NCBI GenBank assembly: GCA_002793915.1
Contig: PFEF01000008.1
Coordinates: 18,159-82,158, forward strand
DNA: 64,000 nt
Source: Candidatus Ryanbacteria bacterium CG10_big_fil_rev_8_21_14_0_10_43_42
GTDB taxonomy: Bacteria; Patescibacteriota; Minisyncoccia; Ryanbacterales; 2-02-FULL-48-12
Reading direction: 5' to 3'
Part shown: positions 18,807 to 28,422 of the stretch, in pieces
Layout of the letters: each line of letters starts with the position of its first letter
How positions within the stretch are numbered: the first letter of the stretch is position 1
Notes under the pieces: generated by a model
The model's input: the letters and a program-made list of their open reading frames with translations, nothing else
Told to the model about the DNA's origin: nothing
Databases searched by the model: none
Translations under genes and position numbers: made by a program

Positions 18807-20936
18807 ATGATTTCTTTTTTGCAAAATAAAATACTCCTTTTTAGTGGCATACTCCTACTTACGCTGTTTGCGGTGTTTTCGCCGGCGGTATCGCATAGCG
18901 CGGATGCTCAATTTTATTCCGAATGCATAAATAACGTAATACCGGGAAAAATCGAATATGCTTTATGCGGCGAGGGCGCAACACTAAAAGCCGCCGCAGA
19001 CGCTTGTGCGGCAAAAGGGTGTACAGGGCTTCAATTTCAATGTCTTGGATCCTCGGCGGGATCTTGCCCCACACCTCCTGTTGATCCCACCGCCACACTC
19101 ACAAAGGCAGCCGGTGGTGCCGTCGTGCAGTACGTTCTTCCGAGTGTTATCAAGGCTCTTATCGGTATAATACAATTTCTTAATTCCGTTCTTGTCTGGG
19201 TGGTGGGAATTGTGGCACGTCTATTTGATCAAGCTGTTGCCATAGCGCTTGCCGGCTTTGGACAATTAAAATTTATTGAACTGGGCTGGACTATCGCGCG
19301 CGATGTTGCCAACATATTCTTTATTCTTATTCTTCTTGTTATTGCCATTGCCACCATCCTGCGTGTTGAAACATACGGCATAAAACAACTCCTTCCGCGC
19401 CTTGTCATTACCGCTCTTCTTATCAACTTTAGTTTGGTAATATCATTTGCCGTGGTAGATGCGTCCAATCTGTTAGCGCTTCAATTTATAGAGCCCATTT
19501 ATCCGGTATCTAATAAAATTGCTGATGTTATGAATATCAGCCAAATAACAGCGCTTAACGCGGGCACTTCACCAAGAACAGAAATTGAGTTTACCGATGC
19601 GGTTACTAACGGTTTTTACGATGTTCTTAATAAGTACAATAACTCCCCTGTAGCAAATCCAAGCGCTGCGACCGCAATGGCTCTCGGCCAAGCTCCCAAC
19701 CAGTTTGACCCTCTTATAGTAGATGGCTTGTTTCAGGTTATCATTCTTATTCTACTGCTCATTCTTATATTTGTGTTTATAGCGCTTGGCGCCCTTCTTA
19801 TCATTCGCACCATTGCTCTCATGGTTATATTTGTTTTCGCCCCTATCGGATTTATCGCCGGCATACTCCCGCAAACAAAAGGATATAGCACGGACTGGTG
19901 GCGGGCACTGTTTAACTGGTCATTCTTCTTTCCGGCATCCGCCTTCATGATGTACCTTGCCATACAATACGGAAAAGAAATAAGCGCCATCGTACGAGAT
20001 TCTCAAACGCTTAATACCGCCGCTCTATTCAGTTATGTGAGTATCGCCGCCATCCTGCTTGGCTCCATCTTGGTGGCAAAGAAAATGGGTATCTATGGAG
20101 CTGATGCCGCCATCAATATTGGCAGAAAGATACAAAAAAGTGCGCAAGGATATGCCGGTAGGGGAACTAAAAACTTAGGATTGCGAGCTACCGGGGGAGT
20201 AGCGCAAAGCGTCACGAAAGGCGTCTCAAGCATTCCAGTAATAGGCGGCGTACTAGCTAAAACTCCTGCCGCTATTGTGCGCGCAGACGAAAAGAGAAAA
20301 AGTGAAAAAGAAAAACAATACCGTGAAATTGCGAAAGGTTCCAAAACCGCCGTTCGAGCGGCACTCCAGGGAACAGCTCTTCCGGGCAATAAAGAACTTA
20401 TCCGGCGCCTTGCCGTTGAAGAAGGAAAAGCGGATGCATTAGACACCGCAGACCTTAGGCGCGATCACGCAAAATACATCACCACAGGAAATACGAAAGC
20501 TATTAAGAATATTGAAAAAGTACTTCCTGAACTTGCCGCTACCCGCGGAGCAACTCCTCAAGAGCAGGAACTAAATCTCAACCAAGCGGTATCAAACCTA
20601 ACCGTAAAAGATATTCAGGATAATCTTAGGGAAGATTCTCTTGCCAACGAAAAGGTTCAGAATGCGCTTCTTTTGGCGGCAAAATCAAATGTATTGGAAG
20701 CGGGATTGGATGAATTTGGAAAGAAATTTGGTGATGCATTGGAAAGCGCATACACTCGCTTAAAAAGCATTACACCGCCTCCCGGAACTTCTCAAGAACT
20801 GCATGCATACGATAAACTAAGCAGATCGACCGCGAAATTCTTTGTCGTAAGTCCGGGCGCTCAAATTCTTAATTCGAAAATAAGTCATGAAATTGCGTCT
20901 TCAGCTAAAACAAGAGGTCATAATTTTAATCCTTAA
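18807..20936 (+). CDS. large polytopic membrane protein, VirB6/TrbL/PrgH-like by topology and context
   Basis: 709 aa; signal peptide, Cys-rich ~90-aa ectodomain, >=6 TM helices, ~300-aa hydrophilic C-terminal domain; positioned upstream of VirB3-like and VirB4 genes. Confidence 0.5.
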   Translation: MISFLQNKILLFSGILLLTLFAVFSPAVSHSADAQFYSECINNVIPGKIEYALCGEGATLKAAADACAAKGCTGLQFQCLGSSAGSCPTPPVDPTATLTKAAGGAVVQYVLPSVIKALIGIIQFLNSVLVWVVGIVARLFDQAVAIALAGFGQLKFIELGWTIARDVANIFFILILLVIAIATILRVETYGIKQLLPRLVITALLINFSLVISFAVVDASNLLALQFIEPIYPVSNKIADVMNISQITALNAGTSPRTEIEFTDAVTNGFYDVLNKYNNSPVANPSAATAMALGQAPNQFDPLIVDGLFQVIILILLLILIFVFIALGALLIIRTIALMVIFVFAPIGFIAGILPQTKGYSTDWWRALFNWSFFFPASAFMMYLAIQYGKEISAIVRDSQTLNTAALFSYVSIAAILLGSILVAKKMGIYGADAAINIGRKIQKSAQGYAGRGTKNLGLRATGGVAQSVTKGVSSIPVIGGVLAKTPAAIVRADEKRKSEKEKQYREIAKGSKTAVRAALQGTALPGNKELIRRLAVEEGKADALDTADLRRDHAKYITTGNTKAIKNIEKVLPELAATRGATPQEQELNLNQAVSNLTVKDIQDNLREDSLANEKVQNALLLAAKSNVLEAGLDEFGKKFGDALESAYTRLKSITPPPGTSQELHAYDKLSRSTAKFFVVSPGAQILNSKISHEIASSAKTRGHNFNP

Positions 20937-20941
20937 TTTAT

Positions 20942-22141
20942 ATGGCAACACTTACACCACAAGAAGCGGATCAACGCATACAACGTCTCCCAAAGGCGCT
21001 TCGGCACGTTTTGTTTGCGGGAGCTACGGCTGACGCCGTATTTGATATTGGTACAAAATACAAACTTCTTATCGATAAAATGGGAGAACTGGCGTCCGAA
21101 ATAGGCGACTTTATGATCGGTGCCACAAAACCAAATGAATTTGTCGGTAATTTGGAACGTCGCCTTCAAATAGATAAAAGCGTTGCAAAACAAATAGCCG
21201 ACGATGTTAATAAGCAAATATTCGCCCCCGTCCGAAAAGAACTTCGTGAACTTCATGGCGTGGAAGAAAGCGATAAAGACACAAAAACGGAAGAGGTTCC
21301 CCAAAATATTGCGGAAACAACGGAACAAAGTACCGCTTCTTCCTTATTTGACGACAAACTTAATTTCGTAGAAGAAGAAGGAAAGAGTCTTTCTTTTGTA
21401 AAAAACAGCTCCATTGAAACATTAAAACGCGAACTTGATGAAGCGGTAGAAGAACCCCCTCACTTAAAAGAAAGTCATTCCTACTCACGGAATGACCCGT
21501 ACCGTGAGTCCATCACCAATGATGCATCTCCGCCTCCAAAACCATTCCCTAAATCAATAAAACCGCCGGAAGAAAAAGCCCCGCCTCCGCCGGAAGAAAA
21601 GATCACACCCGCATCTCCCATGTTCTCCCGTCTTCCCGAAACAACCCTTCAACCCAAAAAGAATATTCCTCCCGCCGCACCTGTTCCGTATACAAATGAA
21701 AAACCTTTTTCTTCCTCTCCATTTAGAAAAATACCGTCTCCGGGACCAAAGGCTGTTATCGACATAGATACCATAGCCAATGAAAAAGTTTCTTTTACCC
21801 CTATAGAAAAGAAAAATGACCCGCCTCCACCGCTCACCTCTTCCTCGCAAGAAAAAGAGCCTGTTAAAGAAATAACCCCCGTATCTCCGCCTGAAATAGT
21901 ATCTCTTGAAGAAAAATCTCCGGAAACCATACCAAAAGGAGGCGCTATCCCCACATTTCGCGGATTTTCCGCACAAAAGAAACAAGTGGAGGGCGTCCCT
22001 CGTGTACCGGATTACTTGCGTCCGGCCGCTTCTCCGCCTCCGCCAAAACCACCAACGCCACCCAAGCCAAACCCCGTAAAACAAAACCTTTCTCCTTCAA
22101 AACAAGATGAAAGCGATCCCTACCGCGAACCAATATCATAA
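20942..22141 (+). CDS. proline/glutamate-rich low-complexity protein, unknown function
   Basis: 399 aa; globular ~110-aa N-terminus then PPPKPxP / PPEEK repeats. Confidence 0.5.
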   Translation: MATLTPQEADQRIQRLPKALRHVLFAGATADAVFDIGTKYKLLIDKMGELASEIGDFMIGATKPNEFVGNLERRLQIDKSVAKQIADDVNKQIFAPVRKELRELHGVEESDKDTKTEEVPQNIAETTEQSTASSLFDDKLNFVEEEGKSLSFVKNSSIETLKRELDEAVEEPPHLKESHSYSRNDPYRESITNDASPPPKPFPKSIKPPEEKAPPPPEEKITPASPMFSRLPETTLQPKKNIPPAAPVPYTNEKPFSSSPFRKIPSPGPKAVIDIDTIANEKVSFTPIEKKNDPPPPLTSSSQEKEPVKEITPVSPPEIVSLEEKSPETIPKGGAIPTFRGFSAQKKQVEGVPRVPDYLRPAASPPPPKPPTPPKPNPVKQNLSPSKQDESDPYREPIS

Positions 22142-22173
22142 AACACACTATCCGACCCTCACCATATACTTAC

Positions 22174-22662
22174 ATGCAACAATTTCAGGTACCACAATTT
22201 ATTCAGGTGGAAGATAAAATTTTCGGTCCTCTCACCACAAAACAATTCTTCTATCTTCTGGGTGGAGGCGGGCTTTCCTTTTTATTTTGGTTTTTCTTCA
22301 ATTTCTGGATCTTCATCATACTTTCCATTCCTGTCGTAGCACTCGCACTCGCACTCGCATTTTACACGGTAAATGGACAGCCTCTTGTTTCTGTTATCGG
22401 AAACTACTTTGGCTACATAGCACGCCCCCGTCTCTTTATCTGGAAAAAGAAGGAACATTTTTCCAAAAAAGATTCTGTCATAACGGGCGGAGGCGGGGGA
22501 CTGCACATACCAAAAGTATCCCAGGATAAACTAAAGGACCTCGCATGGTCTTTAGATGTTATGGAGCATGTAAAGCGAGAACGTCCGCCAAACATTCGTG
22601 AAAATGCATTCCCCGCGAATAAAGATAAGGACAACGTCCCTCCGCGCACGACCGACGTCTAA
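22174..22662 (+). CDS. small 2-TM membrane protein, VirB3/PrgI-like by position
   Basis: 162 aa; two adjacent TM helices; gene directly precedes VirB4 N-domain ORF. Confidence 0.45.
   Translation: MQQFQVPQFIQVEDKIFGPLTTKQFFYLLGGGGLSFLFWFFFNFWIFIILSIPVVALALALAFYTVNGQPLVSVIGNYFGYIARPRLFIWKKKEHFSKKDSVITGGGGGLHIPKVSQDKLKDLAWSLDVMEHVKRERPPNIRENAFPANKDKDNVPPRTTDV
22339..22359 (+). repeat. (GCACTC)x3.5 hexanucleotide tandem repeat inside CDS (encodes ALALALA)
   Basis: direct reading of 22339-22359. Confidence 0.5.
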
Positions 22663-22679
22663 TAATATAAATCTTTTCT

Positions 22680-23330
22680 ATGGCACAATCCACACGCCCC
22701 GCACAAGACATTGTCTCCATAAAGGAAGTTCGTGACGGCGTTCTTCTTTTGAAGGACGGTTCTTTTCGTGTGGTACTTATTGCTTCCTCTATTAACTTCG
22801 CTCTTAAATCGGGTGAGGAACAGGACGCTATCGTGCTTCAGTACCAAAATTTTCTTAATTCGCTTGATTTCTCCGTTGAATTCTTTATTCAATCACGCAG
22901 ATTGAATATTGATCCATACCTTGATATTTTACGCGAACGCCTTAAACACACCTATCATGATCTTATGAAAATTCAAATTACCGAATATATCGACTTCGTA
23001 GGTTCATTTGTGGATTCCGCAAATATTATGACAAAGAATTTTTATATCGTTGTTCCCTTTACGCCGGGCGGATCTTTAAAGAAAAAAGAAGTACAAAGCG
23101 TTTTTTCCTCTTTATTTAAGGGAGGAAAGGAATCAAAGCCGATTGAAGAAGGAGCCTTTGAAGAATATAAAACGCAATTATACCAGCGTGTGGAGGTTGT
23201 CCGGCAAGGACTTATACGCACAGGCGTGCGCGTTGTACCGCTTAACACCGAAGAATTAGTGGAGCTGTTTTATGAACTTTATAATCCGGGAGAAGCGGAG
23301 AAGGGGAAGATACCGGAAACAACCGGTTAG
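22680..23330 (+). CDS. VirB4-family N-terminal domain encoded as separate ORF
   Basis: 216 aa; IVSIKEVRDGVLLLKDGSFRVVLIASSINFALKSGEEQDAIVLQYQNFLNSL resembles N-terminus of Gram-positive-type VirB4 (TraE/PrgJ/TcpF); different frame from 23398 ORF. Confidence 0.55.
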   Translation: MAQSTRPAQDIVSIKEVRDGVLLLKDGSFRVVLIASSINFALKSGEEQDAIVLQYQNFLNSLDFSVEFFIQSRRLNIDPYLDILRERLKHTYHDLMKIQITEYIDFVGSFVDSANIMTKNFYIVVPFTPGGSLKKKEVQSVFSSLFKGGKESKPIEEGAFEEYKTQLYQRVEVVRQGLIRTGVRVVPLNTEELVELFYELYNPGEAEKGKIPETTG

Positions 23331-23397
23331 GGCACCATATATTGGCTTTTTGGAAATGGTTCCAAGAAACCAATACCCGGCATCCTAATATTACACT

Positions 23398-25221
23398 ATG
23401 GGTTTATTTGATTCCCTTACGGGGAAAAATAAGAAAAAAGAGGATGAAATTCTTCCTGTATTTCCGCAGGATATTTATGCCGCCGGCATGCTTGATTTGG
23501 GAGATGCTATAGCTCCCGCGGCTCTTGAGGTGAATTCCAGCTATATTCGCCTCGGTGAAAAGTATGCCCGCACCATATTTGTATTTACCTATCCGCGATT
23601 TCTTGCGACTAGCTGGTTTGCTCCCATCATTAACCTGGATAAAATATTCGATGTCGCAATATTTGTCCATCCCGTAAACACCGTTATTATTTTGCGCGAT
23701 CTTAGAAAAAAAGTTGCCGAAGTGCAGTCGCAAATTTCCTTGCGCGAAGAAAAAGGACTGGTGCGCGATCCGGTGCTTGATACCGCATATCAAGATCTTG
23801 AAGCGCTCCGCGATAAACTGCAACAAGCCCAAGAAAAATTATTTAGCTTGGGACTCTATATAACCGTATATGCCGATACGCTCAAGGAGTTAGATGATTC
23901 GGAAACTGAAATTCGATCTCTTCTTGAAGCCCGTTTGGTATACGCAAAACCGGCATTGTTTCAACAGCAGGAGGGTCTTACGAGCACATTTCCTTTAGCA
24001 CTTGATGTGTTAAAAATAAGCACCTACATGAATTCTTCTCCTATTTCGAGTATTTTTCCTTTTGTTTCCTTTGATCTTACATCCAATCGCGGTATTTTAT
24101 ACGGCATCAATCGGCACAATAACAGTCTTATCTTATTTGATCGCTTCACCCTTGAAAACTATAATACGGTAATCTTCGCAAAAGCCGGTGCCGGAAAATC
24201 ATACATGACAAAACTTGAAATCCTTCGCTCCCTTATGTTTGACGTAGAGGTGATTGTGATTGATCCGGAAAGAGAATATGAGTATCTTGCCGAAACGGTG
24301 GGAGGACGCTTCTTTAATATATCGGTAAACTCGCCTCATCACATCAACCCCTTTGACCTTCCGTTTCCGCAGGATGATGAATCGGTGGCAGACGTACTCC
24401 GTTCAAATATCATAAACCTTGTCGGACTTTTTCGTATTATGCTGGGCGGCTTTACGCCCGAAGAAGATGCTATTTTAGACCGCGCCATTACGGAAACTTA
24501 TGCCGCAAAAGATATTACCCCCGATGCTGATCTTACAAAAGTATCTCCTCCTCTTCTTTCCGACCTACAAACCATTCTTGCTGACATGGAAGGAGGGGAT
24601 CATATTGCCGTCCGGCTAAGAAAGTATACCGAAGGAACGTGGGCCGGATTCCTCAATCACCCCACCAATATCAATATCGACAAACATATCGCCGTATTTT
24701 CACTGCGGGATATGGAAGAGGAAATTCGTCCGGTGGGTATGTATATCGTTACCCATTACATCTGGAATGTTGTGCGTTCAGAGCTTAAAAAGCGTATTTT
24801 AATCGTAGATGAGGCGTGGTGGATTATGAAAACGGAAGATGGTGCCTCTTTTTTGTACGGTCTTGCGAAGCGTGCGCGTAAATATTACCTGGGTGTTACT
24901 GCCATTACACAGGATGTTACTGATTTTATCAGCTCCACCTACGGAAAACCTCTTATAACCAACTCCTCCATTCAAGTTCTTCTCCGCCAATCACCCGCAT
25001 CTATCGATATTATCCAGCAAACATTCAACCTTACCGATGAAGAAAAGTTCCTTTTACTGGAATCAGATGTGGGGGAGGGTATTTTCTTCGCGGGATTAAA
25101 GCATGTTGCCATTAAGGTTATTGCGTCGTATACGGAAGATCAGATAATTACATCCGATCCGGCGCAATTACTGGCCATTAAAAAAGCGAAAAAAGATCTT
25201 ACGGAACAGGAGGGATTATAA
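23398..25221 (+). CDS. virB4: VirB4/TrbE/CagE-family type IV secretion ATPase (C-terminal ATPase portion)
   Basis: 607 aa; Walker A AKAGAGKSY, Walker B ILIVDEAWW, downstream motifs GVTAITQD; overall VirB4-like organisation. Confidence 0.8.
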   Translation: MGLFDSLTGKNKKKEDEILPVFPQDIYAAGMLDLGDAIAPAALEVNSSYIRLGEKYARTIFVFTYPRFLATSWFAPIINLDKIFDVAIFVHPVNTVIILRDLRKKVAEVQSQISLREEKGLVRDPVLDTAYQDLEALRDKLQQAQEKLFSLGLYITVYADTLKELDDSETEIRSLLEARLVYAKPALFQQQEGLTSTFPLALDVLKISTYMNSSPISSIFPFVSFDLTSNRGILYGINRHNNSLILFDRFTLENYNTVIFAKAGAGKSYMTKLEILRSLMFDVEVIVIDPEREYEYLAETVGGRFFNISVNSPHHINPFDLPFPQDDESVADVLRSNIINLVGLFRIMLGGFTPEEDAILDRAITETYAAKDITPDADLTKVSPPLLSDLQTILADMEGGDHIAVRLRKYTEGTWAGFLNHPTNINIDKHIAVFSLRDMEEEIRPVGMYIVTHYIWNVVRSELKKRILIVDEAWWIMKTEDGASFLYGLAKRARKYYLGVTAITQDVTDFISSTYGKPLITNSSIQVLLRQSPASIDIIQQTFNLTDEEKFLLLESDVGEGIFFAGLKHVAIKVIASYTEDQIITSDPAQLLAIKKAKKDLTEQEGL

Positions 25222-25261
25222 TAAATCTTGAACAGCTTATTTACAAGCATAATCTATTGCT

Positions 25262-25780
25262 ATGGCATCAGACGCAATAGCGCAAATATCCATAGAACAA
25301 TCTGATACCGAACAGGAAAGCCGGGCGGATCTTCTGCGTGCACGGACGGCCGATAAGCGGCGGGAAAAAAATACCGAAAAAAACCAAGAAATAAAAACCG
25401 GTACTCAAAAACCCTTTCCCATTAGTCCCGTAGAATCAGGGATTGGTATGATGATTGGCTTATGTGTGGACGCATTTGAAGCGTTGGGGGCGCTTACCGC
25501 CGTCATTCCCGTTATAGGGTGGGCTATTGCGGGTGCCAGTGCTGTGGTAGGAGCCGTATTTAGTGGTATAATGTTTTTAGGAATTGCTCTATGGTTTTTG
25601 TTTAAGGGAATTTGTCCCGACAATCCACATAATATAACATTATATACCGTTTTATTTGCCACAACGTTCAGTAATACCGTTTTTAATTGGCTTCCCGCAT
25701 GGTTTGGATTTTTCTTCTGGCTATTTTATCGTTTTTATAAGAAAAAAATTATTCCTTTTTCATTCGAATCTAAAAAATAA
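25262..25780 (+). CDS. membrane protein (3-4 TM), unknown; part of secretion-like cluster
   Basis: 172 aa; acidic N-terminus, hydrophobic helices. Confidence 0.5.
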   Translation: MASDAIAQISIEQSDTEQESRADLLRARTADKRREKNTEKNQEIKTGTQKPFPISPVESGIGMMIGLCVDAFEALGALTAVIPVIGWAIAGASAVVGAVFSGIMFLGIALWFLFKGICPDNPHNITLYTVLFATTFSNTVFNWLPAWFGFFFWLFYRFYKKKIIPFSFESKK

Positions 25781-26793
25781 TGACGTATTCTTTTAAAAAA
25801 TATAGTAGTCTTTTTGCTCTTGTAGGAAGTGGTACGCTTCTTGTTTTTAGTTTTATGACGTTCTCCGCTTATGCGCAAGACACTCTTGTTAGCCGTGATG
25901 TGCAGTTTATATTCACACCCCCTTCTCCCGGACCTCACGAAACTGTTCGGGTGGATGCACGTTCTTTCAGTTTTGATATGGAAACAGCCCTATTTACCTG
26001 GGTAGTAGATGGCGTAACGGTGGAATCGGAAGTCGGTAAAAAATCCATAACCATCACAACCGGTCCGGTGGGGTCCGAAACACGCATATCCTTAACTGCC
26101 ATACCAAAAACAGGCAGACGCGTTGAAAAAAGCATTACTATTTTCCCCGGTAGTTTGGATTTAATATGGTCAGCGAATACATACGTGCCGCCCGGATATC
26201 AAGGAAAACCCCTTCCCACCCGAGGATCTACCGTAACCGTTACGGCCGTTTCCAATATTGCGGCCGGATTTGGACTCCTTTCGGCAAACGAGCTTTTTTA
26301 CGAATGGCGGCTAAATAATATTATTCAACCCCAATATTCCGGACGGGGACGAAGTGTATTTTATTTTACTATCGGAACAAGTCCTAATATAGAACATGTT
26401 GTGTCCGTAATCGTGAAAGACGCTTCGGGTGCCACCACCCAAGAAAAACGCGTTACCATCAAACCGCAAGAGCCGCGTATATTGTTTTACGAAATAAATC
26501 CTCTGCGCGGTCCTCAATTTAATAATGCTATCACAGATCGTTTCTCGCTAACGTCGGGTCAAGAAGCCCAATTTCTTGCTGTTCCGTTCTTTATACGCAC
26601 GCCTCTATCATCATTTACTTCTTTTTGGAAAATTAACACAGATATACTTCCTCCGGATGAATCCGATCGTGATATACTGAATTATCGTTCCGATTCGGGA
26701 AGTGCGGGAAAGCAAACTATTTCTTACGAAATTGAAAATCCGTCTTATATTTTTGAACGGGCACGTAATTCATTTATCATCAATGTACAATAA
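25780..26793 (+). CDS. secreted beta-rich protein, unknown
   Basis: 337 aa; signal peptide; repeated beta-sandwich-like segments. Confidence 0.5.
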   Translation: MTYSFKKYSSLFALVGSGTLLVFSFMTFSAYAQDTLVSRDVQFIFTPPSPGPHETVRVDARSFSFDMETALFTWVVDGVTVESEVGKKSITITTGPVGSETRISLTAIPKTGRRVEKSITIFPGSLDLIWSANTYVPPGYQGKPLPTRGSTVTVTAVSNIAAGFGLLSANELFYEWRLNNIIQPQYSGRGRSVFYFTIGTSPNIEHVVSVIVKDASGATTQEKRVTIKPQEPRILFYEINPLRGPQFNNAITDRFSLTSGQEAQFLAVPFFIRTPLSSFTSFWKINTDILPPDESDRDILNYRSDSGSAGKQTISYEIENPSYIFERARNSFIINVQ

Positions 26794-26800
26794 CTTCTCT

Positions 26801-27199
26801 ATGCGTATATTCTTCTTTATTGTAATAATCCTGTTATTCTTTTCTGTCGGGTGGTTGGGGGCGGATGCCGCCACTTACAACCTGCTCGCGCCCTTGCCGG
26901 GCGGAACAGCATCTATTGATACCAGTAACGGCTTTATTACCTATATTTCTCAAATTTTCTGGTTTCTCTTAAGTGCCGCCGGCATTTTAGCTGTTCTTAT
27001 GCTTATTTTTGCCGGAGCCGAATATGTGGGCGCCGCCGGAAACCCCAGTGTTATAAATGACGCAAAAAGCCGTATTTTTAATGCTATCCTTGGCCTCCTT
27101 CTCGCACTTACGGCATATCTTATTTTAATAACGATAAACCCCAATCTGATTAATTTAAAATTAACTGTTCCTCCCATTCCGGCATCCGTAAATCCTTAG
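26801..27199 (+). CDS. small secreted protein with two hydrophobic helices, VirB2/TrbC-pilin-like topology
   Basis: 133 aa from ATG 26801 (longest ORF from 26702 overlaps upstream gene); signal peptide ..GADA then two hydrophobic helices separated by a short polar loop. Confidence 0.4.
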   Translation: MRIFFFIVIILLFFSVGWLGADAATYNLLAPLPGGTASIDTSNGFITYISQIFWFLLSAAGILAVLMLIFAGAEYVGAAGNPSVINDAKSRIFNAILGLLLALTAYLILITINPNLINLKLTVPPIPASVNP

Positions 27200-27206
27200 A
27201 TATTAT

Positions 27207-28409
27207 ATGAACAGCGACAAACGAAAAAAAATAATTATTATCGGCGCAAGCGTTCTTGGTGTCATTCTTATTGGAACAGGAATATTTTTCTTTTTCCGCG
27301 GTGACAGTCAGAATTCCGAACAGTCATTTTTTGGAAGGCTGTTCGGCGGAGATATGCCCGTAATTCCCGGCGAAGGCGACGGTATAGAAACTCTTCCCCG
27401 CCCGAACACACCTGCAGAAGGGGAGGGGCCACGCCTGAATCGTGTTTCGGAAGAACCGGTTATCGGAGCAACATTCATACCCGATACTGATAAAATAAAA
27501 TATTTTAAAAAAGCCACCGGTCACCTTTTTGAAAATACTTACGACGGATTAAACGAACGTCGCGCGTCAAATATCACCATTCCCGCCATCCAAAAAGCAC
27601 TCTGGTCTCCTTCAAAAGAGTATGCGGTACTTTCCTATTATACGGACGGGGATATACGACACTTTTATACAAAATACTCCGGCACAACAACGGCAGAATC
27701 CGGTTTTTTACCGCCGTCTCTCACATCTATAACTATGTCCGCTGAACGTGATGTTATGGCATATACACTTCCGGTAAACGGAGAGACTGCCGTCATAACG
27801 GCACGCCCGGATAATACCGCGCAAAGCACTATTCTTCGCACGTCCATCCCTGACATTATACTTGCCTTTCCCGGATCACAGACGCTAAGTATACAAACAA
27901 AGGGGTCCGCTTATGCTGAAGGTTATTTATATACCCTCACAACGCCAAACGGAAATCTCGTTAACGTATTGGGCGAAATATACGGACTTTCATCGCTTTG
28001 GTCCCCGGATATAAATACCGTTCTCTATTTTTCAACAAACCAAAACGGCAATAGCCCGTCACTAAATCTTTATTCAAAAAATACCGGAGTGGTACGCACC
28101 CTTTCTATGACAACACTTCCGGAAAAATGCGTGTGGTCATCACGGGAAGAGGAACATATCCTTTATTGTGGTATTCCCGATAAACTCCCCCGCACGACAT
28201 TACCTGATGCGTGGTGGCAGGGGACCGTATCATTTTCCGATTCCATTTGGCGCATCAACCTGGATACTAATGAACAAATAAAACTTATAGATACAAGCGA
28301 GTTGAACGTAGATGCTGTGCATCTTTTCACTTCAGGGGATGCTTCTCATCTCTTTTTCACCAATAAAAAAGACGGCAGCTTATGGAGCTACCGCCTTACT
28401 GGTCTCTAA
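27207..28409 (+). CDS. membrane-anchored extracytoplasmic protein, possibly beta-propeller
   Basis: 400 aa; N-terminal TM anchor; Gly/Pro-rich linker; repeated W/Y-containing beta segments. Confidence 0.5.
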   Translation: MNSDKRKKIIIIGASVLGVILIGTGIFFFFRGDSQNSEQSFFGRLFGGDMPVIPGEGDGIETLPRPNTPAEGEGPRLNRVSEEPVIGATFIPDTDKIKYFKKATGHLFENTYDGLNERRASNITIPAIQKALWSPSKEYAVLSYYTDGDIRHFYTKYSGTTTAESGFLPPSLTSITMSAERDVMAYTLPVNGETAVITARPDNTAQSTILRTSIPDIILAFPGSQTLSIQTKGSAYAEGYLYTLTTPNGNLVNVLGEIYGLSSLWSPDINTVLYFSTNQNGNSPSLNLYSKNTGVVRTLSMTTLPEKCVWSSREEEHILYCGIPDKLPRTTLPDAWWQGTVSFSDSIWRINLDTNEQIKLIDTSELNVDAVHLFTSGDASHLFFTNKKDGSLWSYRLTGL

Positions 28410-28422
28410 AAACCATGTATAT

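Noticed and set aside
21554-22148. Minus-strand Arg/Gly-rich ORFs antisense to the Pro-rich gene
   Set aside because: Typical shadow ORFs opposite a low-complexity GC/AG-rich coding region.
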